From positions 1 through 64,000 of IMG/VR virus record IMGVR_UViG_3300023267_000001: a DNA stretch of 64,000 bases; one strand, 5' to 3'. Source of the DNA: a virus. Its lineage: Duplodnaviria; Caudoviricetes. Every line of letters begins with the position of its first letter. Positions within the stretch are counted from its first letter, which is position 1. Of the stretch, positions 53,068 to 62,927 are shown in pieces. The translations under genes were made by a program, and so were the position numbers. The notes under the pieces are model-generated. The model was not told where the DNA came from, ran no database searches, and saw nothing but the letters and a program-made list of their open reading frames with translations.

Positions 53068-56000
53068 TCAAGAGGACGAGATATTCAGCGACCAAGAACC
53101 AATGGCCCCCGTGTCAGACGAAGAAACATCTTGAACCCACAGAAGCCAGACACCATTCGGATTTTTCCCGATGAATGCAGCCAATGTGAGATTCGGAGTT
53201 CCAGACGGACATGGCAGCGGGAAGGCTGAAAACACTCCGAGTTGCGACGGTTTGAAAGTTCCGCTGACCATTGTGGAGCCAGATATTGAGCTACCAGACG
53301 CGTCGTCCAGAACCAGATTGATTCCAGTCACAGGCACGTTGCCGCCCACGTTGCGTAACACGTTTACCAGTGTTCCATCGGGAGCCATCAAAATTATCGA
53401 AACGTCGTTAGGTCGCTGGTGCTGATAGCCATTGATTGCCAGCGTGACCTTCGTAATCAGGCCAGTTAGCCCACTGACGCAGGCAACGCTCGGATAAGGC
53501 GTTGCCTTGCCAATGTCGTTAATCGTGATTCCATTCGCGCTGATGTCAACGCAGGTGCAACTAATCGCGGCGTCTGCCGCAGCTTTGGCCGCTGCTAATG
53601 CTTGCGTCTGGGCGTCCAGCAGGCTCACCAAGCTCGTATAGTTCGCTGTCTTAGTCACAGACTGGCCGGTTTTACCAATGGGGCAATTCGCGGTGTAGGA
53701 TTCCGTCGCGGTGTAGGCGTTGATGCACTGAATCGCAGCTTGGGCGGCGGCAAGCGCGGAGTTGTAAGCCTTGGTGTCAGCGTCGGCCTGAGAGATTAAA
53801 CTGGTTGCCGTGGCTGATTTGCACAGTTCTGGCGTGGCTGCGAATGCCAGTCCACCAAAGCTGTAAGCTGTCAGCGTGGTCGTCGACTTGTCATAAACCA
53901 GTTTGAAATACTTGTAGTTAATCGGGTCAAACGTTCCACAGGACGCGATTTGAATCTGTGACGGCCTTGTGATGTCGCCGTTCACATCTGCTGCGAATCC
54001 GCGATTGGATGTGAAGTAAATCTTCGTCCAGTTGACGGCATCATTTGAACCATAGAGCGAAAGCGCAAACTGGTTCGGAGTCGCAATCATCGTGAACGTG
54101 AAGCAGATGATGTTCAGAATAGGTGGCGTGGTGAAATCAAAGTAGGTGCCATCAGAAACCTCAACTTTCACATTCGGGCCAACAGCATCGTTGTCAGCCG
54201 TGACTTGAGTTCCACCACTTGGGCATGTCGCACAAGCCGTCTGGCTGCTGCTGTAGTTCGTTGGCGGCGTGTAGCCACCGGCCTCAATACTTGGCAGCGG
54301 GCTTGGGTCAGGCAACTGGACGCCGGGGGGCGTGTCGAGGCAACCAGAGCCATAGCAGTTGTAACCAGCGGCATAACCATATGTTGCCGGACTTCCGCCG
54401 AACATCTGGAATCCAGAGATAAAGACGTTGAATCCACTGGTCGCCAGTGAAACATTCAGGCGGTAATACGAGAATGCCTGCGTGTTGTTGATTTGAAACC
54501 GCGTCGGCGGCTGGATGCAAGTTGCGTCAGGCCAAGGATAATTCGTCTGGGTGTCCAGTGTAACAAAATTAACGCCGTCATTTGAGCCTTGGAACGTCCA
54601 AGTTTTAGGCCCAAGACTGCAACTGGTCGGGCTTGCGTCATAATCCACGCCCACAAACTCATAGGCGGTGACAAGCTGCGGGGTTTCAAATTTATACTGT
54701 AACCATGCAGGCATCACCGCGCTTTCCCAATAGCTTTGGTGTGGGTCAAACGGGCCAGCGTTAGGAATGCCGCAGAAGGCTTTCCAAGGCTCCATTGAAA
54801 GATTTGGGTCACCATCATGCGAGGGTACATGCGAGCTTGCAGAGGCCACTCCAGACGGCGTGGTGTCGCTCGTCATCGGCGGTATCAGCGCAACCACTCC
54901 GGTTCCGATTGGCACATAGGCTGAACCAATGCCGCAGGCAGGCGGGATGTAGGTTTCGTTCTCGGTTGAAAAGTCGTCAAACAGCAGAGTTTCAATGTTG
55001 GTGGCGTCATCGAATGAAACCGAGTCGAGCAACAATCCTGCGGCGGGAGCAGCAGCGGGAGTTGCGGTCTGCTGAAACCGAATCCAGACATTGACGTTAT
55101 CTGGTGCGACGAATGAGAACGACTGCGGTGTGAATCCCTGCTGATAGTTGTTAATCGTGAATGACTGATTCAGATAATCTACTTGTGAGCCAGTGGTGTT
55201 CTGCGTGGGAACAATCGCGCAGGCTGAAATCGTGTTGAGCAGAATCGCCGCCTGCATGTCGGCCATGTTCATGTGGTCAACATAGACTGGCGCGGTGTTC
55301 GCAATGGTGGCAATCAGGTAGTATGGGCTGTCCGGCGACTGGCCGGTGGTGCGATAGATGTTGATTGCCGTCGCAGATGGATTCGCCGTGGTCTGGACTG
55401 AAATGGTGGCGGTGTCGCCGGTCGGTGTCGCCGATGAAACAGGGCTTCCAATGGTTTCACCATACGCATTGGTGTAGGTGTAAACGTATTTATACGTGGG
55501 TGTGTCGCCCAACGGCGCGCCGGATTCATTCACGGTCAGCGCGGGAGCGATTGATGGATTGGTGAGGCCATCGTTGTTGCGGCCAAAAATCCGCATATTC
55601 ACCGTGTTTGGAGAACCATTGTATCTTTGGTTTCCAGCCAGATTCAAAGACAGGCGATAGTTGTGGCCGGACTGCAACGCAAATGAGTTTTTGGACTCGA
55701 ACTGACCATTGTGCGGCGAGGAGGAGCCAGCGAGGTCAACGTAGAGGCTGTTGTTTGGCAGGAAATCCAATAATCCATTACCAATCAAATCCACGTTTCC
55801 GCCGTAAACATTCCAGTTTTTGAAAGCGCAGTAATCAAGCTGGCCTGTGGCGACGTAGGTATCACCGGCAGGGGTGCAGTTGCCCGCGCAGAGATAGCCC
55901 TTCATGCCGTTGAAAATCTCAATGGCTTCGGCGGCAACAGCGTTGTAGGAGTTTAAGAAGAATCCACCGGATGAGAAAGCCTCCAACAGCGAGAATGGAG

Positions 56001-56835
56001 TTCCGGCAGCGCGAACGCCCAAGCAGATGACGACGCCGCCAGAGGACTTGAACACACTCAATGCGTTCAAGGTATCAGTGGCATCCGTGGCGATATTGGA
56101 GGTGTCCTCGCCGTCGCTGATGATGACCAAAACTTTCTGGTCGAGTCCGGCTGCGTCCAATGAGGCGATGGCCGCATTGACGGCAACTTTGTAGCCGGTC
56201 AACTGCGCTGCGCTGGCGATTGAGTCCACCGCTGTAACCACTGAATTAACATTGGAGGTGATGGCGGCAAGAGGGGTGTATGCCGAATCATCGAACATTG
56301 ACAGGCCAACCACATCCTTGGTCGCGTTGACCTGACTGATAAACCGTCGGGCCGCAGCTTTGGCAAAGTCAATGCGTTGCGGATAGGCACCGCTAAACGC
56401 CTGCGTCATGGACTTGCTGATGTCCACCAAAACCATGAAGCCGACCTTTACTTGGTCACAGCAGTTGACGCCACCCAGCACGGAAAGGCTCGCGTTGGCT
56501 GTCATAATGCCATAGGTGGCGGTAATCGTGGTGACACCATCATCTAAAGCCGTCGCATTGCCGCTGGAAGCCCCCACCACGGCGACATTGGAGTTGGAAG
56601 TGGTGAACACCGCGCTCGATGTCACATCGCGCTCACGGCCATTGCTGACGACGTAGGCCTTGAACTGGATGCTGCCAAGCAAGCAAGACAGCGCGGACTC
56701 CGGCTTGATGATAAGCTGGGAGGAAATCCCACAGATGCCGGGATTCAGCAGGGCAAAGGCTGGGTCATCACAGCGTGCGTCAACTGGCGGCGGCGTATTC
56801 GCGCAATTCGCACTGGTTATTCTTCCAAAGTTCAT
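53068..56835 (-). CDS. multi-domain tail/receptor-binding protein (Ig-like, vWA, sugar-binding, discoidin x2, DUF5977-like, P-domain)
   Basis: FTTSNSNVA.V..GNATA..G.TTITATY; VDISKSM..SDGED (MIDAS); PKTWTFQGSNDG..F..LD; H.RPND..I.L.APDG..NG.W.L.V.D. Confidence 0.75.
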   Translation of the reverse strand: MNFGRITSANCANTPPPVDARCDDPAFALLNPGICGISSQLIIKPESALSCLLGSIQFKAYVVSNGRERDVTSSAVFTTSNSNVAVVGASSGNATALDDGVTTITATYGIMTANASLSVLGGVNCCDQVKVGFMVLVDISKSMTQAFSGAYPQRIDFAKAAARRFISQVNATKDVVGLSMFDDSAYTPLAAITSNVNSVVTAVDSIASAAQLTGYKVAVNAAIASLDAAGLDQKVLVIISDGEDTSNIATDATDTLNALSVFKSSGGVVICLGVRAAGTPFSLLEAFSSGGFFLNSYNAVAAEAIEIFNGMKGYLCAGNCTPAGDTYVATGQLDYCAFKNWNVYGGNVDLIGNGLLDFLPNNSLYVDLAGSSSPHNGQFESKNSFALQSGHNYRLSLNLAGNQRYNGSPNTVNMRIFGRNNDGLTNPSIAPALTVNESGAPLGDTPTYKYVYTYTNAYGETIGSPVSSATPTGDTATISVQTTANPSATAINIYRTTGQSPDSPYYLIATIANTAPVYVDHMNMADMQAAILLNTISACAIVPTQNTTGSQVDYLNQSFTINNYQQGFTPQSFSFVAPDNVNVWIRFQQTATPAAAPAAGLLLDSVSFDDATNIETLLFDDFSTENETYIPPACGIGSAYVPIGTGVVALIPPMTSDTTPSGVASASSHVPSHDGDPNLSMEPWKAFCGIPNAGPFDPHQSYWESAVMPAWLQYKFETPQLVTAYEFVGVDYDASPTSCSLGPKTWTFQGSNDGVNFVTLDTQTNYPWPDATCIQPPTRFQINNTQAFSYYRLNVSLATSGFNVFISGFQMFGGSPATYGYAAGYNCYGSGCLDTPPGVQLPDPSPLPSIEAGGYTPPTNYSSSQTACATCPSGGTQVTADNDAVGPNVKVEVSDGTYFDFTTPPILNIICFTFTMIATPNQFALSLYGSNDAVNWTKIYFTSNRGFAADVNGDITRPSQIQIASCGTFDPINYKYFKLVYDKSTTTLTAYSFGGLAFAATPELCKSATATSLISQADADTKAYNSALAAAQAAIQCINAYTATESYTANCPIGKTGQSVTKTANYTSLVSLLDAQTQALAAAKAAADAAISCTCVDISANGITINDIGKATPYPSVACVSGLTGLITKVTLAINGYQHQRPNDVSIILMAPDGTLVNVLRNVGGNVPVTGINLVLDDASGSSISGSTMVSGTFKPSQLGVFSAFPLPCPSGTPNLTLAAFIGKNPNGVWLLWVQDVSSSDTGAIGSWSLNISSS

Positions 56836-58832
56836 ACGTTGATTGTATATGGGCCACAGAAGCCCGTGCGCGCGCGATTCTGGGCCGTGCCTTGGGCGAG
56901 CGAATTAGCGTAGTTGAGGGCTTGATTATTGGCATCGCTCACGGATGTAAGCGAGGTGACGCTTCCCGCCGCGACATTGACCGTCACCGTGGACAGGCAT
57001 TGATTTCCAAGCGAGCCAAAAACATACGAGCGGATTGCGATTTGCGGCGTGTTCTCAAAGAATATGGTCTGGCCGTTGCACACGAGTTCGGTTTGAGCCT
57101 GCGTCTTGGCCGAGTTGAGAGCCTTTGAATTGGCATCGGACTGCGACAAATCAGAGCTAAACGTGTGTTGCGACACGGTTTTAGTGACCGGCGTTCCAGT
57201 TTGACCGGACGGGCAGCTTGCGGTGTAAGATTGTTCGGCGTTCCAGAACGTGCAGACAAGCAGGGCTTGGGCTTGGGCCTGCGCAGATGCCAAAGCCTGC
57301 GCGTCGGCGTCAGCCTGCGAGATTACAGAGGTGAACTGACCGGCAGGGATGTTGACCGTTTGCGGGATTCCATCCGGCGTCGGAGAGCCTTGGCAGACCG
57401 CCGTGAAGCTCTGTGGCGTGTTGAGATAGGTTGTCTGGCCACCGGAGCAATTCAACTGCGCCAAGGCTTGCTGCTGCGCCTGCTGTAATGCGCGGGCGTC
57501 CGCGTCTGATTGCGATGTCGAACTGGCCACCAGTCCGTCTTGAATCGTGATGGTGACAGAATTTCCAGTCTGACCAGCAGGACAATTAGCCGTGAATGTC
57601 TGCTTCGAGTTGTAATACAGCGCGCCGGAAGCAGCCGGATTGGACTGACGGGCGAAGCTGGGTTCGTTGTTGTCGCGGATTCGCGTTTCCTCGCGGCATT
57701 CGTGAATCATGGTCGCCAGAGTGTCGGCGTATTCCGCCTGCGCGCCTGCCGCTGATTCAGGGTCTTTGTCGAAATATTGAAAATGGTCGCGGCGAACAAA
57801 GGCGCGGATGGCCTTAGCTAGATTCGGGTCATCATCAATCGGGTCGGCATCAGCCCATGTGCGCTTGATGCCATCCCACTTCACAATAACTGTTTCGGTG
57901 CTTTGGATGAATGGAGCGATGTAAATCTTGCCGCGTTCCGTTGCCCACAATCCATATTGTGAGCGAAACCTCTTGTCTGTGTCAGCCTGTGGATAATGAT
58001 AACCCAATGGCAAAATTGGCAGTCCCGCAGGCACGTTGGCATCAGTCGGAGTCGGCGGCTTTAAATCAAAGAAGCTCCACCAGTTGAGGCACCCCCTGAT
58101 TTCAAGCGAGCGCTTCCAATACTTTTGGACGTAAGCGGGTTCCGTCTGGCGATACTGGATTTCTGAACACCAATCATCGGTTTGCGTCGTGACATCCAGC
58201 GGATTGAACTGACGCACGTTGACGCCGATGGTTGCACCACCTGATTCCACTTCGGGAATGTTGAAGGGCGTGACAGCAACAAAAACATTGGTGCCAATCA
58301 GCGTGTTGATTTGCTGAATCTGGCTGGTTTCACAATCGGAAAGATAGACGTTGCGCGAGAAGGTTTTAATCTTGGACTCGGCGTCAGTATAGGTGACATC
58401 CACCTTGAAATACTGTTTGACCGGAGTGCCGCATTTTGAACCTTGGCCGGTGATTTCGACCACGTATAAATCTGAACTCGGAATCGCGCCGATTGAAACA
58501 GGCAGAATGGCGGCGTCGAGAATGTCAGCGGCGATTGCGGTTGTCAGGACGATTGTTCCAGTGGGAGGTGGCGCGGGAGTCGCATTGATTACGGAAACTT
58601 TTTTGATGTGCCCGCGAGGTGCGTCGAAAGTCGTTATGCCGCAGTTGTAGAACGTGGCGCACTGGGGGAAGATGGAGGTGTTGTCTTGGCGCGCGCAGTC
58701 CACGTAGGATTGAATGTCGATGATGGCGGCGAGAAACGCGGCGTCGTGAGCCAACACAAGCGAAGATGCTTCGCCAGTTGGAAAAATAATCTTCCGCGCC
58801 TCGCTTTTAAGATTTCCCCACGTGGTCGCCAT
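56832..58832 (-). CDS. putative head-tail adaptor-like structural protein with four DUF5977-like repeats
   Basis: N-terminus TWGNLKSEAR..I; C-terminal repeats N..Q.FTA.C..G..G..VT.T....F.S..SQ.DA...A. Confidence 0.6.
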   Translation of the reverse strand: MATTWGNLKSEARKIIFPTGEASSLVLAHDAAFLAAIIDIQSYVDCARQDNTSIFPQCATFYNCGITTFDAPRGHIKKVSVINATPAPPPTGTIVLTTAIAADILDAAILPVSIGAIPSSDLYVVEITGQGSKCGTPVKQYFKVDVTYTDAESKIKTFSRNVYLSDCETSQIQQINTLIGTNVFVAVTPFNIPEVESGGATIGVNVRQFNPLDVTTQTDDWCSEIQYRQTEPAYVQKYWKRSLEIRGCLNWWSFFDLKPPTPTDANVPAGLPILPLGYHYPQADTDKRFRSQYGLWATERGKIYIAPFIQSTETVIVKWDGIKRTWADADPIDDDPNLAKAIRAFVRRDHFQYFDKDPESAAGAQAEYADTLATMIHECREETRIRDNNEPSFARQSNPAASGALYYNSKQTFTANCPAGQTGNSVTITIQDGLVASSTSQSDADARALQQAQQQALAQLNCSGGQTTYLNTPQSFTAVCQGSPTPDGIPQTVNIPAGQFTSVISQADADAQALASAQAQAQALLVCTFWNAEQSYTASCPSGQTGTPVTKTVSQHTFSSDLSQSDANSKALNSAKTQAQTELVCNGQTIFFENTPQIAIRSYVFGSLGNQCLSTVTVNVAAGSVTSLTSVSDANNQALNYANSLAQGTAQNRARTGFCGPYTINV

Positions 58833-59284
58833 TACGTTACAGTCGCTTTCTTAGTGGGTTGACCGGCTGGGGGGCGAAATGGGGAGATTTCTGCAAGCGT
58901 GTTAGCGGCAGGCTGAACTGGACTTGCGGACTGAACTTGATTTTCAGTGGCAACCGCAACCGCTGGCTTTTTGTGGCCGAGTGACGGGAGGACTCGAAGC
59001 CTCTCTGGTTGCGATAAAGGCGCGTAGGTTTTCCCGTTCTCGTTTTTTTTTATGGCATTGTATTCTTCCTCGCCCACTTCAATGATTCCTCCACGACGCT
59101 TCTCAATCGCGGATTTCAAGACGGCAATGAGTTCATCATCCCTTCCTTCTTCAAGACGGATGACGCCTTGGTTGGAGGAGTTCGCCTCAAATGGAACCGG
59201 CGCGTTCTTGAAGAAGAAGGGATTTGAAACTAATTCTTTTTGAAAATAGCGAACTTTACTCATTTGCTGTGACATTAAATCCAT
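58832..59284 (-). CDS. hypothetical virion-associated protein
   Basis: Directly downstream of the capsid gene; Pro/Ala-rich tail. Confidence 0.5.
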   Translation of the reverse strand: MDLMSQQMSKVRYFQKELVSNPFFFKNAPVPFEANSSNQGVIRLEEGRDDELIAVLKSAIEKRRGGIIEVGEEEYNAIKKNENGKTYAPLSQPERLRVLPSLGHKKPAVAVATENQVQSASPVQPAANTLAEISPFRPPAGQPTKKATVT

Positions 59285-59302
59285 TCAGTTTTGTTTGCAA
59301 TG

Positions 59303-59336
59303 AAAAACAGCGCACCCAACTAAGAGTGCGCTGTTT
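59303..59336 (-). terminator. intrinsic terminator after the major capsid gene
   Basis: AAACAGCGCAC/GTGCGCTGTTT 11-bp stem with a T-run on the minus strand. Confidence 0.8.
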
Positions 59337-59354
59337 AACCCCAACACCGAAAAC

Positions 59355-61073
59355 TTAGTGGTAGGTCGTGGTGGTCGTGGTTCCAGAACCGCCATACTGA
59401 GCGCCATTGTCCACTATCGAGATTTCATCCGAAGTCCAGTTTTCCAAAATTAGTGAACTTTTTGGACACTCAACAACCACCGTGTAAGTCATCGAGTTCA
59501 ACGTCTGTTGGCGCGTCGGAACTTTCATCACACACGCGAAATCAGGATTCGCAGCGGCAAGCGTTTTCAAGTCGCCCGTGTTCTGCACCACGCGATTGGT
59601 GGCGATGATGCCCGGATAGATACCGGCGAAGTCCAGCACCCACAACACGCGGGCGATGTCGCCCTGTTGCTTCTGGTTCGCAGCCGAAACGTAATCGTCA
59701 AAGAAATAATGCGTGACGATGTTCATCTTGATATTCGGCCATTGCAGCGGATAGCTGCGGTAGGCGAAACCGAATTCCGCTTCCTTCGTCTGCAACGCAG
59801 TCGGTGTGTTGTATTCACGCACCGGATTGTTGATGTCCAGCGTCATGCGCAGAGTGTTGTTCGTCTTGCCCTGATAATACAGAATCATGGCTTGGTTGAT
59901 GGCCTCGGCGGTCACGGAATCCGTGAAGATGTCGATGACACCGAATTTGCCGTTGTTTCCCTGACGGACGCGCATGATGTCATACAGCGCGCGGAACAGC
60001 GCGGGCAGGTTCAATCCACCGCCCTGCAAGTCAACCACGCGGTCGCATTGGGCCAACTGCTCGTAGATGCCAACCACGTTGGCGCGACGGCCTTGGCAGG
60101 TTCCACCATCGACACCGAGGCCGAACGCGGAGCCATCGTAGGCGTCGATTTCTTCCAAGCTGTTATATGCGGCCAACGTCTGATTCGGCAGCGGCTTGGA
60201 GAAAAACATGTTGTGGACGACCTGTTTCTGGAAGTCGCGGCCCAACTGTTTGTTGCGCTGGATGTCGTCGAGGTCGCCGAACTCCGCGTAGAGCGGGTTG
60301 TTTTCGAGGAGCAGCTTGCGCCACTTGTCGTAGTTCGAGGATTTGCACAACGAATTGCGCGTGGTTTCAAACCAGAACTCGGTGTTTTTCCAGTTGATGT
60401 AGGCTGGGCCTTCCGCGCAGAACTTCTCGTAGTCGTTCACGTTGTTCGTGCCGACCGTCATAATGCCGTTCACGGGGCTGGTCAATTTGTCAGCAGGCAG
60501 GAACGAGCCGGTGTTCTGCGAGGAGAGCGTCAGGTCGCCGGTGCCGTCGCCGTTATCCACGGCGGAAACCACCGACCATGCGGTAACAGACTTGGTGCCC
60601 GCGTTGGTCTTGCTGTCGATATAAACACGACGGCCAACTGGGAACAGGCGAACATCCATCGGGATGTTCGCGCTGGAAACAATTTCAACCACCCAGTTTG
60701 AGCCGGATGAGCGGCCATTGCCGACCAGCCAGTATTCGTTGTTGATGGGGCTGTATTGGCGGGCGAGGACGAAAGGCATGATTTCGATGGTGCCGCCACC
60801 GGAATTGCGGGTTTGCACACGCTTCTGCATGTTTACCTTGTTCGCCATGAAAAAGTCATACATGCCGTTCTGCTGCGCTTCGCACATCTTGATTTCCATG
60901 TCGTGATGGAGCAGTGCGTTCATCACCTTGTAATTGCCACCAGTCTGGTAGGTGGCGGTGAGGTCGCCGGTTTGCAGCGGGACGGCTTGGCAAAGAGTTA
61001 CCGTGCCGCATTGCTTGATGTTGGTCGAAATGGACGGAGCGCATTTCGAGAAGGACGTTGCATTAAGTGCCAT
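59355..61073 (-). CDS. major capsid protein (probable HK97 fold with insertion domain), C-terminal Thr6 tail
   Basis: 572 aa; follows the scaffold-like gene and precedes a strong terminator; terminal TYTVVVECPKSSLILEN strand; ends GGSGTTTTTTYH. Confidence 0.7.
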   Translation of the reverse strand: MALNATSFSKCAPSISTNIKQCGTVTLCQAVPLQTGDLTATYQTGGNYKVMNALLHHDMEIKMCEAQQNGMYDFFMANKVNMQKRVQTRNSGGGTIEIMPFVLARQYSPINNEYWLVGNGRSSGSNWVVEIVSSANIPMDVRLFPVGRRVYIDSKTNAGTKSVTAWSVVSAVDNGDGTGDLTLSSQNTGSFLPADKLTSPVNGIMTVGTNNVNDYEKFCAEGPAYINWKNTEFWFETTRNSLCKSSNYDKWRKLLLENNPLYAEFGDLDDIQRNKQLGRDFQKQVVHNMFFSKPLPNQTLAAYNSLEEIDAYDGSAFGLGVDGGTCQGRRANVVGIYEQLAQCDRVVDLQGGGLNLPALFRALYDIMRVRQGNNGKFGVIDIFTDSVTAEAINQAMILYYQGKTNNTLRMTLDINNPVREYNTPTALQTKEAEFGFAYRSYPLQWPNIKMNIVTHYFFDDYVSAANQKQQGDIARVLWVLDFAGIYPGIIATNRVVQNTGDLKTLAAANPDFACVMKVPTRQQTLNSMTYTVVVECPKSSLILENWTSDEISIVDNGAQYGGSGTTTTTTYH

Positions 61074-61228
61074 AAGTTTTTAGTTATTACTATGTGGCGT
61101 AAATCATGGCATATCCTGTCAAATAAAATCTTGGGTTTTTCAATATATTTTCGACAACGCCAGAAATGGCACTCTTGTAAGAGTGTTAAATCCACGGCAT
61201 TACATGGATTTAAAATGTGATTGTTCAC

Positions 61229-61268
61229 TAAAACAAAAATGGCTATTCCCCATATTTGAGGAATAGCC
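61229..61268 (-). terminator. intrinsic terminator after the scaffold-like gene
   Basis: GGCTATTCC/GGAATAGCC stem followed on the minus strand by ATTTTTGTTTT. Confidence 0.7.
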
Positions 61269-61287
61269 TTGAAAAAAACAGGTGTTT

Positions 61288-62628
61288 TTAGCCGTTAATG
61301 AAGTCGTTCAGGAATTTATCTTCCGGTTTTTCGACGCCATTTCCACCCTTTGCGGGCGGTGTCAGCACGGGTGCGGCGGCGGCAGGGGTGCGCGGTTTGA
61401 ATGTCTCCTCCTCGATTTCTTCCGGCTCGTCCTGCTGGACAGGCTTGCGCTCAAAGCTCAATCCACGCGCCTTGGCCTGCGCCTCAAACTTCTCGCGCTC
61501 CTGCTTGATTTGCTGCTTGGCTGTGACCAGCGCGCGGTGCACAAGCAATCGCTGGATGTCTCCAGCCTCGAACGTCCAGTATTTCTCACGCTCATCCGGC
61601 TTCAAGCGTGAATACTTGTCTGCCGCCATAAACGGTCGGCCATCGGCATCACGCTGTTCGTCAATCGGCTTAGCAAGCATCTTCCGTTGTTGTGCGAAAA
61701 CAAAGTTGCTCACCGTTTGATGCAGCGGGTTAGTATCGTCATACGGAGTCAGGTTGTTGAACAGTTTGAAGTTTTCTTCCACCAGACGTTCGGCGAGGTC
61801 GGCGGAATCAATGACGATTTTCGCCACCACGGGTTCGGTTGCCATCAGCTTCTTGCCAACCTCGGCGTCGATTGAGCCATCGGCTTTCAGCAGGTTCTCA
61901 AACCCATCTTCTGAAAGATTGGAGAAGAACTCCTTTGCGCCTTCCGTGCGGATGGCTTCGATGGCGCCCGCGCTCTGGCGCAACTTCTCGTGCTGGTCAA
62001 GGCGTTCAAATTTCTCGTTCGTCTCCGACTTGAACTTGTTGATTTTCTCATCAGCGCGGATGTCGGCCACGGCGTCGGTGTAATGCTCGTCATCCCAATC
62101 CAGACCGGCCTCAATGCCCTTTTTGAAGTCGGCGTGTTCTTCGGCGTCCTCATCGAAGTTCTTGCCGGGATTTTCCTTTTCCCAGCTCTCGGCGTATTCA
62201 GCGAGCTTGGTCAGGGACTTCTCATACTTTTCCGCCAGCCCGCCATATTTGTTCGGGTTCAACTGCTCCATGCGTTTAAGCGTGTTGATGCGCTTCTGCT
62301 CGTCGGCAGGCAGTTTTGATTCAGCAGGCTTGGCCGGTTCGGGTTCAGTTTTTTCAACCGCCTTGGAAAATCCACGCGCAGCCGCCTCGGTGATTTGTTC
62401 AGCGGTCAACGGAGCCGGTGTGGGTGCGGTTTTTTTCTTGGCCTGCTTTGCTGGCTTCTTGGGTTCAGTTTTTTCAGCCTCTTGATTTTCAATCTCGCCG
62501 TTTTCAGGTGCAACGGCGTCAGGTTTCTTTTGGGGCTTGGGTTCGGTTTCGCGGCCAAGAAATTCGTTTGTGAACGATTCAATAGCCTTTTCATCTGCTG
62601 GCGGTGCGTTTTCGGCTTCGGTTTTCAT
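61288..62628 (-). CDS. putative scaffolding protein
   Basis: Acidic, charged, helical 446 aa between the portal region and the capsid gene. Confidence 0.55.
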   Translation of the reverse strand: MKTEAENAPPADEKAIESFTNEFLGRETEPKPQKKPDAVAPENGEIENQEAEKTEPKKPAKQAKKKTAPTPAPLTAEQITEAAARGFSKAVEKTEPEPAKPAESKLPADEQKRINTLKRMEQLNPNKYGGLAEKYEKSLTKLAEYAESWEKENPGKNFDEDAEEHADFKKGIEAGLDWDDEHYTDAVADIRADEKINKFKSETNEKFERLDQHEKLRQSAGAIEAIRTEGAKEFFSNLSEDGFENLLKADGSIDAEVGKKLMATEPVVAKIVIDSADLAERLVEENFKLFNNLTPYDDTNPLHQTVSNFVFAQQRKMLAKPIDEQRDADGRPFMAADKYSRLKPDEREKYWTFEAGDIQRLLVHRALVTAKQQIKQEREKFEAQAKARGLSFERKPVQQDEPEEIEEETFKPRTPAAAAPVLTPPAKGGNGVEKPEDKFLNDFING

Positions 62629-62927
62629 GTGTTGTTGGGGGTTACTGTTTTGGTCACTACAAAATCAAACGACTTGGATTCCTTCATCTCACGCAACACC
62701 TCAAGCGTGGTCTGGTATCGCAAAGCCTGTTTTAATTCGGCCTCGGATGATTCTTTCTTTGCCTCAAAAGTCTTGGCCTCCAGTGCTAGTTTTATAGCCT
62801 CAACGGAGTGCTTGGTCTGCTTTCCGAGGATGGCTTCTTCCAACAGCTTGAAGCCGGATTCTTTGAAAATCTGGTGGACGGCTTTTACATTGCCGACCTC
62901 GTAGGGTGTCTCCGTGACGGTAATCAT
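62625..62927 (-). CDS. small hypothetical protein after the portal
   Basis: 100 aa; 4-bp overlaps on both sides. Confidence 0.65.
   Translation of the reverse strand: MITVTETPYEVGNVKAVHQIFKESGFKLLEEAILGKQTKHSVEAIKLALEAKTFEAKKESSEAELKQALRYQTTLEVLREMKESKSFDFVVTKTVTPNNT

Noticed and set aside
61170-61185. Near-palindrome CACTCTT-GT-AAGAGTG upstream of the capsid gene
   Set aside because: Single occurrence with no clear promoter spacing; too weak to call an operator.
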